Under the pieces are notes generated by a model. The model searched no databases, was not told the origin of the DNA, and saw nothing but the letters and a program-made list of their open reading frames with translations. A stretch of 63,287 nucleotides of DNA, filler included, from an uncultured Methanosarcinales archaeon (lineage in GTDB: Archaea; Nanobdellota; Nanobdellia; Woesearchaeales; JAGLXL01), in assembly GCA_964472345.1 (NCBI GenBank). It is 6 parts of 6 records of this genome, joined end to end, with 100 filler letters (N's around TTAATTAATTAA, not from the genome) between each part and the next. Parts side by side here need not be neighbours in the genome. Positions count along the whole stretch, not along the records: positions 57,167 to 63,287 come from CAYYLB010000066.1; 5 more parts are not named here. The stretch is one strand, 5' to 3'. A program made the translations under genes and the position numbers. Shown here one piece after another: positions 58,491-63,287 of this stretch (positions are counted from its first letter, which is position 1; the number at the start of each line of letters is the position of its first letter).

Positions 58491-58526
58491 TGATATCACC
58501 TCTTGAGTGTGTGCAACTCCCGCGCG

Positions 58527-58955
58527 TCATCTTCCGCTTGAACCGAAACCGCCTTCGTTCCTGGCGGTCTTTTCCAGCGAGGGCGACTCCTCGAGCTCGG
58601 CCTTCACGACCGGCTGAATCAGGAGCTGCGCGATCCTCATCCCCCTTGTGATGGCGAACTCGCGCCCACCGGCGTTCCTCAGCACCACCTGGATCTCGCC
58701 GCGGTATCCTGCGTCAACAACGCCGGCAAGCGTGTGGACTGCATCCCTTGCCGCCAGGCCGCTCCTGTCCCAGATGAGGCCGACGCAGCCTTCCGGTATG
58801 GCCATGCACAGGCCTGTTTTTACCGTTGCGGTTTCTCCCGCTTTCAGCGCTTTCTCCTCTGCGGCGTGGATGTCCAAACCAGCGTCTCCCGCGTTGGCGT
58901 AGCCCGGGAGCGGCAGATCGCGCGCATGCGGAAGCCGCTGCACCTGCACTTTCAT
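58527..58955 (-). CDS. dut: Trimeric dUTPase
   Basis: AGLD, RSGLA, GVVDAGYRGEI, RIAQL, RNEGGFGSSG. Confidence 0.95.
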   Translation of the reverse strand: MKVQVQRLPHARDLPLPGYANAGDAGLDIHAAEEKALKAGETATVKTGLCMAIPEGCVGLIWDRSGLAARDAVHTLAGVVDAGYRGEIQVVLRNAGGREFAITRGMRIAQLLIQPVVKAELEESPSLEKTARNEGGFGSSGR

Positions 58956-59137
58956 GCGTTTCCGGAACGCGCGCACCTATTTAAAGAATGTTTTTGTTGG
59001 ATATACACTCCGCGATGTGTATTCTTGAGGTGGATACCACTTCTGTGGGGTTTTCGCGGGACGAGCAGGCGCTTCCGTGACGAGAGGGATCCGTGCCATT
59101 GCTGAGCCGGCTGCCCGGAGAGGTGCCGCTCCCCCGT

Positions 59138-59629
59138 TCACTTTTGGAGGTCAAAGAATGTGCTGATGCCGTCGCTTTCGACCGCTCCCGTGGAGGCGTT
59201 CACTTTTATGTTCAGCGCAGCGAACGATGCAGTGATGAACGTGATGTTCCAGACGGCTGTTCCGAGCTGCTGGAGGATCGCAAGGCCCTTCATGGGTGGG
59301 TGCTGGGGGTATTTCTGCTGCTGGAGACCACGAGCGGCTGCGATGGCCTGGGAGAAGGCGAGCGTGACGCTGCTGAGCTGGAGCTCGCTGACGCTGTTTT
59401 CTTTCTTGAAGACCTCCTCGTCGGGGATGATGGTGGGCGGATCGTTCATGATGAATGTCGTGATGCGGTCGCTCGCCGGATCGTAGAAGCCGATGTTCCA
59501 TGCGGCTGGCTCGAGCTGCGCGCCGAGCTGCGCGAGGAAATGGACGAGGTAGGCGTTCTGGTGGGCGTCTTTCCAGACCCTGAACTGCGGGCTGTTCCTC
59601 AACTGGGAGTAGGCGGAGGAGGGATCCAT
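59138..59629 (-). CDS. Hypothetical protein (possibly PepSY-like)
   Basis: AYLVHF, WNIGFYDP..DRITTF, ILQQL..VWNITFIT...NIKVNASTG. Confidence 0.7.
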   Translation of the reverse strand: MDPSSAYSQLRNSPQFRVWKDAHQNAYLVHFLAQLGAQLEPAAWNIGFYDPASDRITTFIMNDPPTIIPDEEVFKKENSVSELQLSSVTLAFSQAIAAARGLQQQKYPQHPPMKGLAILQQLGTAVWNITFITASFAALNIKVNASTGAVESDGISTFFDLQK

Positions 59630-59645
59630 TGTGATGTGTTGGCTG

Positions 59646-60239
59646 TCAGTTTTTCAGCAGCGGGATATGTGTTGCCTGATTAAGCTCGTGGCTGGTAATG
59701 TCAGCGCACCGATTAACGAGTGTTGTTCTCCGGTTCTTTTCTATCTCAATGAGAAGCAACTCATCATACCCATAATAGAGTGAATAGAGTGGCTTGCCTT
59801 CCTCAGTATAGTACTTACTGACTGGGAGCTGAACAAAAATCCGCAGCTGCTTCTGCGCATACGGGGGGACGTCGACACCTTGGCGCTCTTCATATTTATA
59901 GGGAAAGAACATCTCTCCAAACAATGGTTGGGAAACTCTCATGAATGGTTCGCTTTCACTATAGCTGACGTCCAATTCTTCACGGTCATGGACTCCATCG
60001 TTGTCGTTCAGGCAGGCAATGATGCCGGGCAAGCCATAGCGCTTGGTAAAGAAAAAATAATTGGTGAGCGTGACCTTCTGGACTGGCACCGGAGCTCCAG
60101 CGCCAACAGGCTGCACAATGCTGATCGCCTGTTCCGTTACTTTTTCAATCCGAAATCCGACTGCCGTGCTGCTGATGATGACGAGCAGCGCAATAAGCAG
60201 CAAGGGGATAAGCACGCCAAGCAGATATTTTGCTTTCAT
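59646..60239 (-). CDS. Membrane-anchored hypothetical protein
   Basis: N-terminal TM; ATGA-coupled to the upstream gene. Confidence 0.65.
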   Translation of the reverse strand: MKAKYLLGVLIPLLLIALLVIISSTAVGFRIEKVTEQAISIVQPVGAGAPVPVQKVTLTNYFFFTKRYGLPGIIACLNDNDGVHDREELDVSYSESEPFMRVSQPLFGEMFFPYKYEERQGVDVPPYAQKQLRIFVQLPVSKYYTEEGKPLYSLYYGYDELLLIEIEKNRRTTLVNRCADITSHELNQATHIPLLKN

Positions 60240-60490
60240 TTCTTGCGGAATCTCTTGGAGAGGTACATCCCGATAGCAACCATCACTGCCGAGGAAAACG
60301 CCAGTAGGAGCAGAATCCAGTTTCTCGACAGCTCAAAAACGTCAATGACAAAGCTGATGGTAAAGATGTACAACGAAACGGAAACGAGGTACAGGATGGG
60401 ATACCACTTGCGCTTGATGGCGTACAGGATGATTGCGACGACTAGTGCAACCCAAAAAGTTCCGTAACCGACATAAGGGTACCATGTCAT
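60236..60490 (-). CDS. Small three-TM membrane protein
   Basis: 84 aa, hydrophobic, in an operon-like array. Confidence 0.65.
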   Translation of the reverse strand: MTWYPYVGYGTFWVALVVAIILYAIKRKWYPILYLVSVSLYIFTISFVIDVFELSRNWILLLLAFSSAVMVAIGMYLSKRFRKK

Positions 60491-60670
60491 TTAGATCCTC
60501 CGCTCCGCAAGTAAGTCCGCAGCGAAAAAGAACGCGATGGCCAGGCAGGCCAGGATGATGGTCTTTATGGTATCCGACAGGTCAAAGAGGTATTCGTAGG
60601 AAAAGTAGGTGACGGTCGCGAAGATAAACACGATACCGATCACGTAAAAGATGTACTCGGCTTTTACCAT
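60491..60670 (-). CDS. Small two-TM membrane protein
   Basis: MVKAEYIFYVIGIVFIFA...ADLLAERRI; abuts the next gene. Confidence 0.6.
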   Translation of the reverse strand: MVKAEYIFYVIGIVFIFATVTYFSYEYLFDLSDTIKTIILACLAIAFFFAADLLAERRI

Positions 60671-60717
60671 TTCTTCAGGCAACATAAGAGTGTTAATAAA
60701 CATTTCGTAAGGTTTAT

Positions 60718-61314
60718 ATGGTCGGCGAAGAAGCGAAAGGGTGTTTTGATACCATGAGCGCGCTCGGGCTTTGGGATAAGATCGGCCGGTTGTTCACAAG
60801 TCCGAGAGTGTTCTTTCTTTTGGTTTCAAAGGAGAAGGGCATTTGGTCGGCGTTGCTGCTCTATGCCGTGGTTCGGACGTTTACGTTTACCGTAGGGGTT
60901 TTCCCTCTGCTTTTTTATCCCATGAGCTTGTCTGGCGCCGGTGATGATAGTATAACTGTGTTTGTCACTTTGGGAATCTTCGCGTTGCTCTTTCTTTTTG
61001 GTATTGCCATGACATTCGCCTATTCCGGATTGATGCATCTTCTTATTCTGGCGTTTCGAGGGAAAGGGACGTTTGCGGATACGTACAATGTGTATACCTA
61101 CAGTATGGTTCCTTTTGGCATCCTTGCGCTGATCCCTCTCGTTGGGTTTCTTTCGATATTTTACTCGCTCGTGCTTATGGTGATCGGCGTTGCAACGCTA
61201 CACAAGGTTTCGAAAATGAAAGCAGTTATTGCATGTGCTACTCCAGCGATTCTTCTCCTTGTGTCAATGGTCGGATTGATTCTGCTGCTTGGGACGATCA
61301 CCCTAAAAGAGTAA
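60718..61314 (+). CDS. Yip1 family membrane protein
   Basis: FTSPRVFF, HLLILAFRGKGTFADTYNVYTYS, HKVSKMKAV. Confidence 0.8.
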   Translation: MVGEEAKGCFDTMSALGLWDKIGRLFTSPRVFFLLVSKEKGIWSALLLYAVVRTFTFTVGVFPLLFYPMSLSGAGDDSITVFVTLGIFALLFLFGIAMTFAYSGLMHLLILAFRGKGTFADTYNVYTYSMVPFGILALIPLVGFLSIFYSLVLMVIGVATLHKVSKMKAVIACATPAILLLVSMVGLILLLGTITLKE

Positions 61315-61404
61315 GGGGAGTGATTCTTCTATGGGTTTATAGCGTTGGTGCTTGTCCTTGTCGTACTATGAGTTGATGGCGTGGGTTGAGGTCGGCGAGT
61401 GGGT

Positions 61405-62424
61405 TCAGTCGTTCCGAATCATCCCGACGACGATCGGCTTAGCGAAGCTTGAGGCAATCGCAAGGTTCAGGTCCGAGGCGAGGCCGGCGCCAAAGGTGTT
61501 GATGCCGATGACCTCACCATCCATGTCGAGCAATGGGCCGCCGGAGTTGCCGAAGTCGATGGGCGCGTCGAGCTGGATAAGGTCAAAAACGCCAAAGGGG
61601 CCCAAATCGAAGTCCTCGCGCACTGCGCTGACGATGCCTGCGGTTGCGCTGAAGTCAAAGACGCCGAGCGGATTACCGAGCGCGATGACCGGATCTCCCT
61701 GGCGGACGTCATCGGAGTCGCCCCAGGGAAGATAGTCGAATGTCCCATCAATATGGAGGACTGCGAGATCCCTCTGTTGGTCATAGCCAACGAGCCGCGC
61801 GGTGCGCTCATCGCCGTTCCGCAGCGCGACGGTGATCGTGTCAGCGGATGCTGTTTCGCAGACGAGCTCTGTTTCATCCCACCATTCCAACCACTCGTCG
61901 CTGTCCTGAGGGGGCTCAGGCTCGCCATCGGGATGGATATATATGCAGTTCTCGATGAGGATCACATGCGCATTCGTCACGATGTAGCCGTTGCGTGTTG
62001 CGAAGAAGCCGCTGCCCTGCTGCCCGCTGAACGCGTTGGATGATTGGGATGCAATGACCCTGACAACTGCGTCGAGGGCGTTGTCTGCGAGCTTCTGGAC
62101 GTTCACCGGAAGCGGGCGGTCCGCGAGACCATCTTCAACGGCACGCACGCGCTCCGACGTCTGCCGGTTCCTGAGGGAAGCGACGTCGAGCTCGGCGAGC
62201 AGGCCTTCAGACTGCGCTGAGAGCTGCCGGGCGACCGTTTGCTGCACTACATTCAGCTGCTGCTGTTGCTGAGCATCCAATGCCTGGAGCTTTGCATCCA
62301 TGCTTTGCGCTGCGAGCTGGAACTGCCTGTTCAGCCCCAAGCGCGTCTCTTCAACGTACCAGAATGTGCCTGCAATCAGGAAGGCAACAACGACAAAATA
62401 CACCACGTGCGCTGCAATCTTCAT
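61405..62424 (-). CDS. Membrane-anchored HtrA/DegP-type trypsin-like serine protease without PDZ
   Basis: GSGF, TNAHV (His), RDLAVL (Asp), GNSGGPL (Ser); N-terminal TM plus coiled coil. Confidence 0.9.
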   Translation of the reverse strand: MKIAAHVVYFVVVAFLIAGTFWYVEETRLGLNRQFQLAAQSMDAKLQALDAQQQQQLNVVQQTVARQLSAQSEGLLAELDVASLRNRQTSERVRAVEDGLADRPLPVNVQKLADNALDAVVRVIASQSSNAFSGQQGSGFFATRNGYIVTNAHVILIENCIYIHPDGEPEPPQDSDEWLEWWDETELVCETASADTITVALRNGDERTARLVGYDQQRDLAVLHIDGTFDYLPWGDSDDVRQGDPVIALGNPLGVFDFSATAGIVSAVREDFDLGPFGVFDLIQLDAPIDFGNSGGPLLDMDGEVIGINTFGAGLASDLNLAIASSFAKPIVVGMIRND

Positions 62425-62563
62425 TGTGAATCACCATCGTTGCACCTCCTGTGGCACTCCTGAATAGTGGTTACTTATAAAGGTTTCGGTCTTCTGCGGC
62501 GACGGCCGCAACTGCCGCCGGCTGCCGAAAACATTTAAAAGCGCCGGCTGCTCCCGTTGCGCC

Positions 62564-63287
62564 ATGCTTCCCTTCCTCGGCCAGAACGTCCCGGAGCAGG
62601 AGCAGCAGGCGCAAGTGCTTACAACTGCAGAGCGGAAGCAGCTCTCGCCGCGCATGGCCGAGCAGCTCGAGAAGCAGCAGTACCGCATCGTCGGCAACCA
62701 TTCTGCGGTGAAGGTCTGCGGATGGACAAAGAACATGCTGCGCGGCCGTGGCGGCTGTTACAAGTACAAGTTCTATGGCATCCGCTCGCACCAGTGCATG
62801 CAGATGACGACCTCGATGTTCTGCGCCAACCGGTGCACCTTCTGCTGGCGCGGGGAGAAGGCGCCGGTATCAAAGAGCTGGTACGGGCCGGTTGACGCGC
62901 CGGACGACATCATCCGCGAAGCCGTGCAGAGGCATCTCAACCTGCTTGCGGGATTTAAGGGGGCCCCGAACGGCAACCGCTTCCTGATTGAGCAGATGCA
63001 GGAGGTGCGTCATGTGGCCTTGTCATTGACGGGAGAGCCGATCACCTACCCGCTCATCAATGAGATCGCCCGGCAGTTCCATGAGCGCGGCATCTCGACG
63101 TTTCTCGTGACGAACGCGCAGTTCCCCGAGGCGATCGAGAAGCTGCAGTGCGTGACGCAGCTGTACATCTCTGTTGACGCGCCGGACAAGGCATCGCTCA
63201 AGGAGATTGACCGGCCGCTGTTCAGGGACTACTATGAGCGGCTGCTTGCGTCGCTTGATGCCATGGCTGCAAAGCCGTACCGGACGG
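62564..63287 (+). CDS. taw1: 4-demethylwyosine synthase Taw1/TYW1 (radical SAM), runs off the window
   Basis: Manual translation: GNHSAVKVCGWTK...GCYKYKFYGIRSHQCMQM...CANRCTFCWR (CxxxCxxC), ALSLTGEP, TQLYISVDA. Confidence 0.95.
   Translation, partial: MLPFLGQNVPEQEQQAQVLTTAERKQLSPRMAEQLEKQQYRIVGNHSAVKVCGWTKNMLRGRGGCYKYKFYGIRSHQCMQMTTSMFCANRCTFCWRGEKAPVSKSWYGPVDAPDDIIREAVQRHLNLLAGFKGAPNGNRFLIEQMQEVRHVALSLTGEPITYPLINEIARQFHERGISTFLVTNAQFPEAIEKLQCVTQLYISVDAPDKASLKEIDRPLFRDYYERLLASLDAMAAKPYRT

Overview
Archaeal draft-genome (MAG) window, most likely a high-GC DPANN archaeon of the Woesearchaeota/Nanobdellota type. The archaeal call rests on uL1-uL10-P1, RpoE'-Spt4-eS24-eS31, aIF6, Taw1, BHB-type tRNA introns, TATA boxes and GGTGA SD motifs; the DPANN assignment is inference from gene style. 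The window is six contigs joined by artificial 100-nt N/TTAATTAATTAA/N linkers, so adjacency across linkers is not biological. Contigs 1-2 (1-23859) hold giant secreted or surface proteins (PGF-pre-PGF, macroglobulin-like, Cys-rich, DNRLRE, class III signal peptide). Contig 3 holds an AT-rich helicase IV, a 57-aa histone missing from the ORF track, an archaeal ATPase, an RHS remnant, an HPF-like protein and Lhr. Contig 4 holds a tRNA cluster with nine introns in five tRNAs, including a triple-intron tRNA-Glu, four T-loop 59/60 introns and a rare tRNA-Ile(UAU). A split, eukaryote-like OGFOD1/Tpa1 prolyl-hydroxylase gene pair sits inside that cluster, followed by a degenerate bacterial-type MetK, ScpA, aIF6 and a DHS/SpeY-like enzyme. 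Contigs 5-6 are mainly housekeeping. At least five types of small inverted-repeat (MITE-like) elements occupy intergenic spaces. All homology calls come from motif recognition by eye, with no database searches.
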